A DNA stretch of 47,068 nt, taken from assembly GCA_023255625.1 (NCBI GenBank), contig JAHFLF010000001.1, forward strand, positions 357,120 through 404,187, written 5' to 3'. Numbering within the stretch: position 1 is the stretch's first letter; every line of letters begins with the position of its first letter. Of this stretch, positions 9,773 through 20,301 are shown in pieces. The stretch comes from Candidatus Harrisonbacteria bacterium. GTDB taxonomy: Bacteria; Patescibacteriota; Minisyncoccia; UBA6257; 1-14-0-10-44-23. The translations under genes and the position numbers were made by a program. Below the pieces are notes generated by a model. The model saw only the letters and a program-made list of their open reading frames with translations. It ran no database searches and was not told where the DNA came from.

Positions 9773-9920
9773 ATAGACGCTGCTAGAAGCATTAGATGCT
9801 GCTAGCGGCAGCTAGTGAATAAAAGATATGCTAGAATGCTTTATCTTACTCTTTCCAATCTTCTATAGCTGTCTCCTCCTAGCAGCATCTAGCAACATCT
9901 AGTACCTCTAGCAACTTCTA
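9773..9920. repeat. Junction inverted repeat, family C (TAGATGCTGC / CTAGCAGCAT 10-mers)
   Basis: Left tagacgctgctagaagcattagatgctgctagc; right cctagcagcatctagcaacatctagtacctctagcaacttcta, ending 2 nt before the pcrA ATG. Confidence 0.8.
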
Positions 9921-9922
9921 AT

Positions 9923-11761
9923 ATGTCCTCTCTCAACCCTGAACAAGAAAAGGCGGCCAATCACCCAGGTGGCCCTCTTCTCATGGCCGCGGGCGCCGGC
10001 TCCGGTAAAACCAAGGCGCTAACCAGTCGATTGAAACAGTTGATTAAGAGGGGAATACCGCCACACGAAATAGTTGCCATTACCTTTACAAATAAAGCCG
10101 CCCGCGAGATGCGCGAGCGAGTCTTCGGCAAAGACAATGCAGATCAAAAATGGCATCCGCGTTTCCCTGTATACGGGGAACCATTCATCGGAACATTTCA
10201 CTCTTTTGGCGCAAAAATTCTGAAGGAAGAGCCAGCGCTACTGGGGCGAACATCCGCATTCTCAATTTATGACGATGACGATTCTGGCTCACTCGTAAAA
10301 CGAATCCTGAAGGAGATGGGGCTGGCAAAAGATATCTGGAAACCCGCGGCGGTAGAGCAGAGAATTAGCAGTGTCAAAAGCGAGCTTCAAGATATTACGG
10401 AAATATTTGAGTCAGAAGACCGGCGCGACCAAATTTTTGCCGAGATTTTTAACCGTTACGAACGCACACTAAAACAAGACAATGCCTTTGACTTCGATGA
10501 TCTAATAGAAAAACCGGTGCGATTACTAAATGAGAACTTAGAACTTAGAACTAAGTACCAAGGACTATTTAGCCATATTCTGGTGGATGAATATCAGGAT
10601 ATTAACACAACGCAATATCAGTTGATCCGTCTTTTGGTTGAAAAGCACAAAAATATCTGTGTCGTCGGGGATGATTTCCAGAGTATTTTTGCGTTTCGAG
10701 GAGCGGACTTCCGAAATTTTTTGAATTTTGCGAAAGACTGGCCCGAAGCAACAATTATCAAGTTGGAACAAAATTATCGCTCGACCGCGAATATTATTAA
10801 TGCCGCAAATGCCGTCATTAAAAATAACACCGTCCAGACGCCGAAAAATTTGTGGACGGAAAATCCGGACGGAAGATTAATCAAAATCGTGGCCGCCGGA
10901 GACTGCGACAGCGAGGCGATTTGGGTTGCAAACGAGATCCGAGAACTAAGAAGTGAAAATAGGGATTTGAGCGTTGGGATATTGTATCGAACTAATGCGC
11001 AATCCCGCGCGATCGAACAAGCGCTCATTAGTGAAAATCTGGCCTACAAAATCTTCGGCGGGTTAAAATTCTACGATCGAAAGGAAATAAAAGATGTTCT
11101 AGCCGGATTGCGGCTGGCGAATAATCCGCTAGATACTGTCAGCGGCGAACGGCTACAGACCTCGCTGGGCAAGCGGATCGGTGCACCAACTGCAAAGATT
11201 ATGCAGTCGCAAGGAGGGCGGAATAAATCCATTGCGGAACTGATTGAAATTTTCATGAGGGAATCAAAGTATCAGGATTTTCTAGAAGAAAAATTCAATA
11301 ACCCGCAGGAGCGAATGGATAACATTAGTGAACTTGCTCGTTTTGCGGCGGAGTTTGAAAATCTGGGTGAATTTCTGGAGCGTGCCTCACTCCTGCAATC
11401 TGCCGATCGCCCCTCTTCCGGCCAACTAACCAGCCAACCAACTAACCAGCCAACCAATCCCGTTAACCTGATGACCATCCATATAGCGAAGGGGCTGGAA
11501 TTTGATTGCGTTTTTATCATCGGCGTCAATGAGGGGATGTTGCCACACGAACGGTCAGTAGAAAAACCGGAGCAGGTTGAAGAGGAACGCCGTTTAATGT
11601 ATGTTGCAATGACCAGAGCCCGCACAATGCTCTATATTCTCTTTCACTCCTTCCCCAGCCGCTTTCTCTATGAAATTCCCAAAGATCTGTGCAGCTTTGA
11701 TAGTTGCGACGGGCTGACCAATGGACTGCCGAGTGAGGATGAGATGTGGATAGAGAACTAG
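9923..11761 (+). CDS. pcrA: UvrD/PcrA family ATP-dependent DNA helicase (short form)
   Basis: AGAGSGKT, ILVDEYQD, VGDDFQSIF, LEQNYRST, LMTIHIAKGLEF, EEERRLMYVAMTRA. Confidence 0.93.
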   Translation: MSSLNPEQEKAANHPGGPLLMAAGAGSGKTKALTSRLKQLIKRGIPPHEIVAITFTNKAAREMRERVFGKDNADQKWHPRFPVYGEPFIGTFHSFGAKILKEEPALLGRTSAFSIYDDDDSGSLVKRILKEMGLAKDIWKPAAVEQRISSVKSELQDITEIFESEDRRDQIFAEIFNRYERTLKQDNAFDFDDLIEKPVRLLNENLELRTKYQGLFSHILVDEYQDINTTQYQLIRLLVEKHKNICVVGDDFQSIFAFRGADFRNFLNFAKDWPEATIIKLEQNYRSTANIINAANAVIKNNTVQTPKNLWTENPDGRLIKIVAAGDCDSEAIWVANEIRELRSENRDLSVGILYRTNAQSRAIEQALISENLAYKIFGGLKFYDRKEIKDVLAGLRLANNPLDTVSGERLQTSLGKRIGAPTAKIMQSQGGRNKSIAELIEIFMRESKYQDFLEEKFNNPQERMDNISELARFAAEFENLGEFLERASLLQSADRPSSGQLTSQPTNQPTNPVNLMTIHIAKGLEFDCVFIIGVNEGMLPHERSVEKPEQVEEERRLMYVAMTRARTMLYILFHSFPSRFLYEIPKDLCSFDSCDGLTNGLPSEDEMWIEN

Positions 11762-11853
11762 TTAGTTCGTTAGATAGTTAGTTGGTTAGTTAGTAAAAAC
11801 TAATATCAATCCTTTCTTACCAACTAACAAACTAACCAGCTAACCAATTAACT
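11759..11853. repeat. Junction inverted repeat, family D (GTTAGTTG / CAACTAAC)
   Basis: Left arm starts at the pcrA TAG; right arm ends 3 nt before the rsmA ATG. Confidence 0.85.
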
Positions 11854-11856
11854 CCT

Positions 11857-12648
11857 ATGCCCCAACCCCTCGGTCAGCACTTCCTCAAAAACCAGAAAGC
11901 GATCACGCGGATTATTGACGCACTCAATTTGCAAAAGGGGGAGACGGTCATCGAAATCGGCCCGGGCCTGGGCGCGCTGACTATACCGCTGGTAGCGGAG
12001 TGCGATCGGCTTGACTGCAAACTGATTGTGATAGAGAAAGACGCAGAGTTAGCTGGTGAATTGGTTAGTTCGTTAGTTGGCAAGAGTGTGCAAATTATAG
12101 CCGGAGACGCCCTGCTTGAATTACCTAAACTAACTAACCAGCTAACCAAGCAACTAACTAACTATTCTCTTGTCGGGAACATCCCCTACTACATCACCGG
12201 TGCACTTCTGCGCACGATTGGTGAACTGCCAATCAAACCAAGAAAAACTGTGCTGATGATCCAAAAAGAAGTGGCGCAGCGGTTATGCGCCACACCCCCA
12301 AAAATGAATCTGCTAGCAGCTGCAACACAAATTTGGGCGGAGCCAAAAATTCTTTTCGAGTTGCCACCAACCGATTTCGACCCGCCACCAAAAGTTTGGT
12401 CAGCAGTTATCCAGCTAATCCCTCTAGCTGGCTCTAATCCCTCTAGCCCCTCTATACTGCTCGATTATTATCGAGCATTGCATATCATCTTCAAGCAGCC
12501 ACGCAAAACTCTTCTGAATAATTTGAGCGAAGAGATCGGTCGGGAACAGGCGCAAAAAATCATGCCGGGGCTTGCATTAGAACCGAATATTCGGCCCCAA
12601 AACCTCTCGATCGAGCAAATAATAGAAATAAGTCGCCTATTAGGTTAA
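11857..12648 (+). CDS. rsmA: 16S rRNA m6,2A dimethyltransferase
   Basis: LGQHFL, VIEIGPGLGALT, VGNIPYYIT, LMIQKEVA, FDPPPKV, QPRKTL. Confidence 0.95.
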   Translation: MPQPLGQHFLKNQKAITRIIDALNLQKGETVIEIGPGLGALTIPLVAECDRLDCKLIVIEKDAELAGELVSSLVGKSVQIIAGDALLELPKLTNQLTKQLTNYSLVGNIPYYITGALLRTIGELPIKPRKTVLMIQKEVAQRLCATPPKMNLLAAATQIWAEPKILFELPPTDFDPPPKVWSAVIQLIPLAGSNPSSPSILLDYYRALHIIFKQPRKTLLNNLSEEIGREQAQKIMPGLALEPNIRPQNLSIEQIIEISRLLG

Positions 12649-12656
12649 TAACAAAA

Positions 12657-12682
12657 AAAATCCCCGCGCTGGCGGGGATTTT
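12657..12682. terminator. Bidirectional intrinsic terminator
   Basis: aaaatccccgc-gctg-gcggggatttt with A/T tracts, between convergent genes. Confidence 0.75.
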
Positions 12683-12688
12683 CGATTT

Positions 12689-13753
12689 CTATTTTTGTGC
12701 CGTCTCGGTGATTGCATCATCTTTGCAAGCAGCTCCCGCGGTAATTGGGTCTGCGGAAATTTTTGTTGACTTAGCTTGTTTTTCTTCAGCCCTGCCGGTT
12801 GCTGCAGCGCAAAGATGGTTGCCATTTATGCCGGTATTGTCTACGGCAAGAATGCAGGGCGCGGCACTGCAGGAGGTTGCCGCATCAGCCGGGCACTTTT
12901 CCGTGGTGTCCTGCCCGCCCATACCAGATCCGGGGACTCCCACGCTGAAAGTAAATGCTTCTGATCTTTTTGTTGTCGTCCTTGCCACATCTTTACCGTG
13001 CTCATCTTTGCCAAAAGTTAAGAAATTACCGCCACCACAGTCAAACTTGAAATTCTGATGCGCAGAACACCAACACAACCGGTCATCTGGCGTAGCAAGA
13101 GGAGGAGTGCCGCCAGCCCAACCATCGTAAAGCCCGGGAAAAACAGTCAGCTTTAAAGGATCAACATAGCGAATGATACTAGACAGCGCCAGCCCGCGTG
13201 GCACCGAGGATTTAGCTGCATCCGGCACAACTAAATATTCAAAATTATCCCCGGAGACAGAGCCACTAACTTTGAAGGCGGAATTCCCAGTTATACCCTG
13301 ATTTAAGGCGGCTATACTTTGTGAAAGCCCCTGTGAATTCACTGCCGCCGGAGCATAATTAATCAGTGCGATGCCTTTTTTAGTTGGTGTACCAAAAGTT
13401 GCATTCTGTATCGAGAGGTTGCTGACAGTCCCTAGCGTACTTAGTTGTAATAACCTTTTACCGATAGCACTGATGCTCAATTGAGGAGATCCATTTACGG
13501 CACTTGCGAGCGCCGAACCGGAGAAAGAAACTTTGGCCGGCCCGGCTTGAGCGGGTCCTTTGGGCGCAACAGCAGCGTTACTTGCCGAGAACTGCGCGTT
13601 TTGATTTGCAACGAACAAAAGCATCAGCGCCATTCCCGAGACAATGCCGACAATCGCCCAGCCGTACCAGGAATGGACATGATGAGTCCCCATCAGCTTA
13701 AAATCCTTATTCAAATTACTGATCGCTTCTTCGGTTGGTTTGTTGTCCTGCAT
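12689..13753 (-). CDS. Hypothetical membrane-anchored protein with Cys-rich C-terminus
   Basis: N-terminal TM (WAIVGIVSGMALMLLFV); 8 Cys in the last ~130 aa. Confidence 0.75.
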   Translation of the reverse strand: MQDNKPTEEAISNLNKDFKLMGTHHVHSWYGWAIVGIVSGMALMLLFVANQNAQFSASNAAVAPKGPAQAGPAKVSFSGSALASAVNGSPQLSISAIGKRLLQLSTLGTVSNLSIQNATFGTPTKKGIALINYAPAAVNSQGLSQSIAALNQGITGNSAFKVSGSVSGDNFEYLVVPDAAKSSVPRGLALSSIIRYVDPLKLTVFPGLYDGWAGGTPPLATPDDRLCWCSAHQNFKFDCGGGNFLTFGKDEHGKDVARTTTKRSEAFTFSVGVPGSGMGGQDTTEKCPADAATSCSAAPCILAVDNTGINGNHLCAAATGRAEEKQAKSTKISADPITAGAACKDDAITETAQK

Positions 13754-13912
13754 ATAAAAAAATAAACTAAAAATAATAATATTTTACAACATAATTAGTA
13801 TGCCTCTATAATTTATCCATTGCAACCCGCTGAACAGAAAATAACCGGCTAATCTTGCCTGATCTCTATACCCAACTTATGGTATACTCTTGATAGAAAA
13901 TATCTATCATCG

Positions 13913-14662
13913 ATGAACTACAAAGTGGCATCAGTTGCCGTGGTAACGCTCGCACTAGGATGCGCGGCTTTTATATTGTTCTCTAAACCAAACGAGCTTT
14001 CATTCAAAGACCAGCAAATTGGAGCAATTCCACTGCAAGAAATCAAAAAAGTAGGATCGCCGGTAAAAATTGATGAAGATCGCCCGTCGGCGACGCAGGA
14101 TGTAGCCAAGGCAATCGCCCAGGATCTTTTGGAGCGCAATCCGCAGGGCCCGCAGCCCAGCCCGACCCAGCCGGGTGTGAGCACAATTCTGGCTCTGGAT
14201 CCAAAACTGGTCGCCAGCAAAATCCTGGAGGAGGAAACGAAAAAAATAGTTGAGAAAATCCTGGCCACGCCGACCGATCCGAAAGATATAATTTTATCCA
14301 GCTCAACCTCGGCCAAAGAATACCTGTCGGCCCGCGGGGCAATCATTGCTGCCGGCCAGCAAAAGCTGGCTCCTTACAGCACAAAACCGTTCGGCGACGC
14401 AACTTTACAGGCAATGGCTTCGGTAACTGCGGAAATCATCAGGCAACTCAAGCTACTGCCGGTTCCAGAAGGATTATCCGCAATCCATGCGGAGCAAATT
14501 CAACTTGTTACGGCGCAAAACACGATCTTCGAAAGTATTTTGAATAGAGATGCTGATCCGATAGCGGCCAGTGTTTCGCTTTCACTAATCGAGCGAGTAG
14601 ATAAAGGACTGGCTGACCTAAGCGATAAAATAAAAACTTATATTTCCAAGAACCCCTCTTAA
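13913..14662 (+). CDS. Hypothetical exported or membrane-anchored protein; first gene of the T4SS-like cluster
   Basis: N-terminal hydrophobic helix; TGG-TATACT extended -10 at 13880-13888. Confidence 0.75.
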   Translation: MNYKVASVAVVTLALGCAAFILFSKPNELSFKDQQIGAIPLQEIKKVGSPVKIDEDRPSATQDVAKAIAQDLLERNPQGPQPSPTQPGVSTILALDPKLVASKILEEETKKIVEKILATPTDPKDIILSSSTSAKEYLSARGAIIAAGQQKLAPYSTKPFGDATLQAMASVTAEIIRQLKLLPVPEGLSAIHAEQIQLVTAQNTIFESILNRDADPIAASVSLSLIERVDKGLADLSDKIKTYISKNPS

Positions 14663-14669
14663 ACCCGGC

Positions 14670-16682
14670 ATGCAAAGATACGGCTCTAAAATCCTGGTTG
14701 CCATCTTACTCTGCTCACTAGTCGGGGGAACGATTTCATTCCCGAAGCCGGCTCATGCTATTTTACTGACCACAGAAGACAACCCGGTTGTCCTCATAAC
14801 TAATACCGAAACTTCAGTGGCTACGAATGTGACTGCCGGTGCTGCAGTTGAGGGTACGGTGGCTTCAAACATCAGCGCAAGTTCGCAGACAATTTTACTG
14901 GGCGAATCGCTGCTCAAATGGGCGGGGGAGGCCTTTGTGCAGGGACTAAAAAAGGCATTATTAAATTATTTGGTAGACCGCGTTATCGCCTACATTAAGG
15001 GCGCGAAAGACGGCGGCTTTGTCGGAGATTGGCAGTCTTACTTAAGTGGTGCGCTGGCCACCGGACTGCAGCAATTCGCCCTCAATTTTACCAACATCGA
15101 TATCTGCGCACCATTCAGCGCTCAACTAAAACTGGCTTTCGCTATTCCGGAGGTCGGTCAATTTTCTCAAAAATATACCTGTGACTTTGATAGCATCGGT
15201 GAAAACATCGAGGATTTCTACGCTGACTTCAGAAAGGGCGGCTGGATTGCTTACAGTAAATCCTGGGAGCCGCAAAACAATATGTACGGCATCTTCCTCT
15301 CCGCCAGCGTTGAGCAGGCGGCCGAGGCCTCGGCCGCACAGGACGCGGCCAGAGCCGAGGCCTCGGCCGGCGCCGGCTTTTTGGGTAAAAAAGAATGTAC
15401 AGAAAAGTTGGACACCTCTGATCTGGACGGCGCACTACCCGGCCCAGACTTAGACGGCGACGGCCAGCCGAACGATGATCCGGCCAGCTGCCACATCACT
15501 ACGCCCGGTCAGACAGTGGCCGCCAGTTTACAAAAAAGTTTGGATTCAGAATTTGATTATATCAACAGCTTGACCGGCACGAACATCGGCCCGTATGTCG
15601 CCGCGATTGTTGACGCGATGGTCGGCCGAGTCTTAGAAGAGGGGCTTTCTCTGGTTGCCGCCCACGCACCCAGCTCGCCAAGTGTCGGCGACTATGTTGA
15701 TGTGAGCAGCATTAACCGGACAGACTCGCAGCGCTTCCGCAGTCAATCGCAGCGGACGGCGAAAGATGTAAAAGAGGCGATTCAGCTGCGGGAATCGGCC
15801 CAGGCCTTTGCACAAAGCGCGGCGACAAAATGGCTAAAGTTCACTCATGGCGCAACTGACATCGTCTCTGAAGCCGCCAGACAAATCCGCGAGGCACAAC
15901 GGGTGCTTATCTATGTTTACAATGAACTGAACAAGGTTACCCGCAAAACCCAGATCAATCCTGCGGTCAACGACGGAAACGACAGCACCTTCACTAAAAC
16001 CGAGCAGCTCTGCAGTCCGGTCAAAACCGTGGCAATTATCGACGACCGGGCTTTACCACGACTGCGTGCACAAATTGACCGGGCCACTGATGCGCTAGAC
16101 ACTCTGGACTTAGCCGACGATGAACCAGATGCCAGCGGTAATCCATTGACTTCAGAATTTGTCGCCATGGCAGAGGCAGCCCGCGCAATTAGTGCCGGGG
16201 ACAGAGCGCAGTTTTTTGAACTACTTGCAAATGGCTCGCTCGATGAGCTTGGCATAGATCCGGCCAGTATTGACTCCAGCGATGACGACAACCCGGATCA
16301 AATTGAACTGCTTAAAGAGGTGCAATTTGAACTGGATAATGATTTGGTAGAAAATTCGCCGGAGACCCGCTACCGGCTTTCGGAAATTCAAAACACGCTG
16401 GCCGGCGATGTCATAGTTTCAGCACGCCAGTTTAAGACCGCGATGAAGAAAATCGACAACGACATCGAAGGCATCCTGAAAAACGCCTCATCGTATGCAA
16501 ACCGGCTAAAGGCCTGCTTTAACCCGCGCAATGAACTCGACCTGAAACAGGGCGTGGTGGTGGCGTGGACAACCAACGATCCGGGTGATGAGTCAATCAG
16601 CAAACCAGCGCGTAACCCCGGCTTCCCGTGGGAGACCGATGTCGATGCAGATCCGGACGCCAGCGAAAATACCTCTGAATAA
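14670..16682 (+). CDS. Large hypothetical secreted protein (T4SS-cluster associated)
   Basis: Signal peptide ending PAHA; DFRKGGW..PQNNMYG and ITTPG segments resemble proteins I associate with CPR conjugation-like clusters; acidic DLDGDG motif. Confidence 0.75.
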   Translation: MQRYGSKILVAILLCSLVGGTISFPKPAHAILLTTEDNPVVLITNTETSVATNVTAGAAVEGTVASNISASSQTILLGESLLKWAGEAFVQGLKKALLNYLVDRVIAYIKGAKDGGFVGDWQSYLSGALATGLQQFALNFTNIDICAPFSAQLKLAFAIPEVGQFSQKYTCDFDSIGENIEDFYADFRKGGWIAYSKSWEPQNNMYGIFLSASVEQAAEASAAQDAARAEASAGAGFLGKKECTEKLDTSDLDGALPGPDLDGDGQPNDDPASCHITTPGQTVAASLQKSLDSEFDYINSLTGTNIGPYVAAIVDAMVGRVLEEGLSLVAAHAPSSPSVGDYVDVSSINRTDSQRFRSQSQRTAKDVKEAIQLRESAQAFAQSAATKWLKFTHGATDIVSEAARQIREAQRVLIYVYNELNKVTRKTQINPAVNDGNDSTFTKTEQLCSPVKTVAIIDDRALPRLRAQIDRATDALDTLDLADDEPDASGNPLTSEFVAMAEAARAISAGDRAQFFELLANGSLDELGIDPASIDSSDDDNPDQIELLKEVQFELDNDLVENSPETRYRLSEIQNTLAGDVIVSARQFKTAMKKIDNDIEGILKNASSYANRLKACFNPRNELDLKQGVVVAWTTNDPGDESISKPARNPGFPWETDVDADPDASENTSE

Positions 16683-16685
16683 TCT

Positions 16686-18797
16686 ATGCACGAACCTTTA
16701 GTCCAAAAAATATTAAAATGGCTCATCTGCAGCGGCTTTATCGCCACTCTTGTTACGGTTATTTTGCTAGTACCGGGACATGCGGCGCAGGCGCTTGATA
16801 ATCCGTTCAGCGCTCTTTTGGGACTTCCCTCAATTCCAATAAATGCCTTTTTCCTGGGTGTTCCATATCTAATCGGCCTGGTCGGCGGATCTATACTAAC
16901 AATAGCTAGCATGTTCGTCAGTTGGTTTTTTATATTGAACACAAACATCTTCCCGGATAAATTTGGGGCGATTGAAAGCGGCTTTCAAATCTCGCTCGGC
17001 ATTGCCAACTTACTGTTTGTAGTTGCCCTCATCTTTATCGCCTTTAGCACAATCCTAAATGTCGGAGAGTACACGGCGAAGAAGATGCTTGGTAAATTAA
17101 TCGTTGCGGTGGTTCTAATTAATTTCAGCTATCTTATCGTTGGTGCAATCCTAGACCTTAGCCATGTTATGACGATGTACTTTATCTCTGCCGGCGGCGA
17201 GGAGCATCTTGGCAGCGGCATAGGTGCAATTTTGCAACCGCAAAAATTGCTAGTTCCGGTCAATTTGACAAATCTAACGACCACCGTCTTTTCCCCTTCC
17301 TGGTGGGGGCTCATTCTTGGCGCCGTTACAACCGCGATCTTCACCTGGATCGCCGCAATCGTCATGGCCGCAATCGCAATCATGTTCCTGGTTCGTTACA
17401 TTTATCTGGCAATACTGATTATTGTGATGCCTCTGGCCTGGGCGCTGCCACTCTTTCCGGGTGGGGGCGAATTAAGCAGCAAGTGGTGGCACAAATTCAG
17501 CGAACAGTTATTTTATCTGCCGGCCGCCACCTTCTTCATCTACCTCTCTATGAAAATGGCGCTGAATCTTCCGAGTCAAACCCCCGGCATGTTCGCGAGC
17601 GGCGGCACTGATAACTGGAGCGGTTATTCAAACATAGGCCTGGCGCCGCAAGGAATTGCCCAGATGTTAATCGTGGTTGGCATGCTCGTCGGCTCATTGG
17701 TAATTGCCAGCAAACTCGGCGGGGCCGGCACGGCGTTTGGTAAGATGATGGCGGGCAAGATAACTGATCTGGGTAAAAAGTACGCGAAGGGGGTGGGCAT
17801 GAAAGCTTACAGTGCTCAAGTTAAAATTCGCGGTAAGAACATTGGCCTAGAGCAAGGAGTTAAAGCGGGAACCGGCATGCTTGGCAGGGGAATGGCTTGG
17901 CAGCCAAAAAGCAAATTCATGAAGGGCGTTACCGGCACAGTCGACAAAGCCACCGGCTGGATACCTGGTAAAAAATATATCGCTGGAGCCGCAAAATCTG
18001 TCGCCTTTGGTGGTGCCTACGACCAAGTTCTCGGCCAAACTACTAAATTCAGCGAGGATTATGGTGCCTCGATTAAATCCGCTCAAGCAACCGAGGATAT
18101 GCTTAGCCGCCAGCAAAAACATGCGAAATATGAAGATCCTAAAAAAGCTGCTAGAGATGATATGGCATTTTATGCGGAACTTACCAATCCTATTGTTCAT
18201 AAGGAGCCGGATGAACTCAGAAAGTGGATGGAAGATGAGCCAACTCGTACCCGCGCGTTAGAGGTTATTAATCGTTTCGAGCCAGAGGCGGGCCCGGATG
18301 AGCATGGTAAGGAAGATCCAACCAAGAGTAAGACGAGGATGGCGCTTGCAACTGCGATGCCAGAACTCGCAGATAAACTCTTGCGAGATAGTAAAGGAAA
18401 GCTTGCTGAAAAAGCAGTCTCTGATAAAGGTTTGGGTGAGCGCGAGGGGGACGCTATGAATTACGCTATGGGCAGAAAAGATGCGGCGGCCAATATCCAC
18501 CCATCATCACTTGAGAATCCAGAATTTATTAGACAGGCGGAGGCAATCATGGCCCGTGGTAATAATAACCCGCAAGCAGAAAAAATGGTTTCTTTGCTTG
18601 CTACTATCGCTCGACGCTCTGGAGAGACTAATGAAAAAATACGTAAGGGCTTCTCAACTAATGCTTACCTTATGGATCGCCTTAGGGTAAGCGTTGGCAC
18701 TTTGGATTCTCAGCAACCCGCAGATACAACAAATACTCAGGCACCTCCTGCACCCCAAGGGAGCCCAGCGGCGGCTACACCTGGTACCCCGCATTAA
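16686..18797 (+). CDS. Polytopic membrane protein, VirB6/TrbL-like
   Basis: About 8 TM helices, KLIVAVVLINFS and LVRYIYLAILIIVMPLAW..SSKWW motifs, Gly-rich tail; upstream of prgI and virB4. Confidence 0.7.
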   Translation: MHEPLVQKILKWLICSGFIATLVTVILLVPGHAAQALDNPFSALLGLPSIPINAFFLGVPYLIGLVGGSILTIASMFVSWFFILNTNIFPDKFGAIESGFQISLGIANLLFVVALIFIAFSTILNVGEYTAKKMLGKLIVAVVLINFSYLIVGAILDLSHVMTMYFISAGGEEHLGSGIGAILQPQKLLVPVNLTNLTTTVFSPSWWGLILGAVTTAIFTWIAAIVMAAIAIMFLVRYIYLAILIIVMPLAWALPLFPGGGELSSKWWHKFSEQLFYLPAATFFIYLSMKMALNLPSQTPGMFASGGTDNWSGYSNIGLAPQGIAQMLIVVGMLVGSLVIASKLGGAGTAFGKMMAGKITDLGKKYAKGVGMKAYSAQVKIRGKNIGLEQGVKAGTGMLGRGMAWQPKSKFMKGVTGTVDKATGWIPGKKYIAGAAKSVAFGGAYDQVLGQTTKFSEDYGASIKSAQATEDMLSRQQKHAKYEDPKKAARDDMAFYAELTNPIVHKEPDELRKWMEDEPTRTRALEVINRFEPEAGPDEHGKEDPTKSKTRMALATAMPELADKLLRDSKGKLAEKAVSDKGLGEREGDAMNYAMGRKDAAANIHPSSLENPEFIRQAEAIMARGNNNPQAEKMVSLLATIARRSGETNEKIRKGFSTNAYLMDRLRVSVGTLDSQQPADTTNTQAPPAPQGSPAAATPGTPH

Positions 18798-18811
18798 CAA
18801 ATATATTTTTT

Positions 18812-19447
18812 ATGCCTGAATTTGACACAAAAAATACTGCGACAAACCAGCAGGAACCAGATAAAAATAATCCTGGAAAATCACCTTGGCCCTTTGACAA
18901 TCTGCCCGTTGAAATACATGACTGGTTGATTTCCGACGAGGTAGACACATTTGTCAGGGATCTAACGGCTAAAAATACGGATTCTATTCCAGATAAAAGG
19001 GCACTGGGCTTTACAATAACCTGGCTGGCAATCGGAAAAATTAATGCTAATCAATTTGTCGGTTCGCTAATCAATGCCTTTAAAATCTCTCCAGAGATTG
19101 CGAAAACGCTTGCTAAAGAAGTCAGGGATGGGGTTTTAAAACCCATCAAATTCGCAATGCGCTCCAAACTCGGAATAGACATTGAGCATGTTACTGATGA
19201 GCCGGGAGTAATCGCGAATGGTTTAATAATGGACATACGAAAACCAGTGGCGGCTGCGCCCACTCCTACCGCGCGAGTAATCCCAATGAGCCGACCCGTG
19301 GCGGGACAGTCCACGGTTAGTCGGTCGACAGTTAGTCAGCCAGGAGGTGGACAGCCGCAAATCAAAGCTGGCGTGATACAACCGACAAAGCCGATTGGTT
19401 TGAGTGAGGTTGTGCCGCAGCCGCCTGGAGGAACGGGGAACGGTTAG
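18812..19447 (+). CDS. Hypothetical protein
   Basis: ORF in operon context; Pro-rich tail contains an in-frame family F repeat. Confidence 0.7.
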   Translation: MPEFDTKNTATNQQEPDKNNPGKSPWPFDNLPVEIHDWLISDEVDTFVRDLTAKNTDSIPDKRALGFTITWLAIGKINANQFVGSLINAFKISPEIAKTLAKEVRDGVLKPIKFAMRSKLGIDIEHVTDEPGVIANGLIMDIRKPVAAAPTPTARVIPMSRPVAGQSTVSRSTVSQPGGGQPQIKAGVIQPTKPIGLSEVVPQPPGGTGNG

Positions 19448-19907
19448 TTGGTTAGCTAGTTAGTTGGTTAGTTGGTTAGTTGGTCATAAAGCAAACGAAA
19501 ACTTAAACAAGAAATTTATGGCGGAAAGTTTTCGTGGATTAAAAATCTGGCAAATCTCTGAAGATCTTGTAATTGAAATCTACCGTTTGACTAAAAAATT
19601 CCCGGGTGATGAAGTTTTCTCGCTCACAAATCAACTCCGGCGAGCGGCTATTTCCGTACCCGCAAATATCGCCGAATCTTCTGGCAGATGGGGAGAAAAA
19701 GATAAAATACAATTTCTGATGATTGCCAGGGGGTCAATTACAGAAATTCGTAGCCACATCTCCATAGCCAAGCGACTCCACTATATAAACGACTCGGAGT
19801 ATACTAAAATTGACTCTTCTTACGAACAACTTACTAAAAGCTTGAATGCCTTTATTAGAACTATCCGCCCAACTAACTAACGAACTAACTAGCTAACCAA
19901 CTAACTA
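19442..19907. mobile_element. Family D inverted-repeat cassette carrying a four-helix-bundle gene
   Basis: Arms 19442-19484 and 19869-19907; perfect 23-bp complementarity between 19443-19465 and 19883-19905. Confidence 0.65.
19518..19880 (+). CDS. Four helix bundle protein (23S rRNA IVP / TIGR02436 family)
   Basis: SFRGLKIWQ..FP..E.FSLTNQLRRAAISVPANIAE..FLMIARGSITE. Confidence 0.93.
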   Translation: MAESFRGLKIWQISEDLVIEIYRLTKKFPGDEVFSLTNQLRRAAISVPANIAESSGRWGEKDKIQFLMIARGSITEIRSHISIAKRLHYINDSEYTKIDSSYEQLTKSLNAFIRTIRPTN

Positions 19908-19923
19908 TCTTCGCGATTACTCT

Positions 19924-20301
19924 ATGCAGTTCGAAGTTCCACAATTTCTGGATGTTGAAGACAAAATCTTCGGGCCGCTCACGCTCAAGCAATTTTTGTA
20001 CCTGGCCGGTGCCGGGGGCTTTAGTTTTATTCTCTTCTTCGCCCTCCAAACCTGGCTCTGGATAACCTGCACCTCGGTTTTAGCGGTAATCGCCGCCGGT
20101 CTGGCCTTCGGAAAATTTAACGGCCGACCGATAATTTATACGCTCTTTTCTGTAATCAAATATACCTGGCGGCCAAAATTTTATCTATGGCAATATTCCG
20201 CACCCGGGCAAGAGCAGCCGGTGATGCACAGCATCGAGGGCCGCCAGCCAACCGGTTCGGCGCTCAAAAAATTGTTGTTGCGACTAACCACCAGACAGTA
20301 A
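19924..20301 (+). CDS. prgI: PrgI family protein
   Basis: FEVPQFLDVEDKIFGPLTLKQF followed by two TM helices. Confidence 0.88.
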   Translation: MQFEVPQFLDVEDKIFGPLTLKQFLYLAGAGGFSFILFFALQTWLWITCTSVLAVIAAGLAFGKFNGRPIIYTLFSVIKYTWRPKFYLWQYSAPGQEQPVMHSIEGRQPTGSALKKLLLRLTTRQ

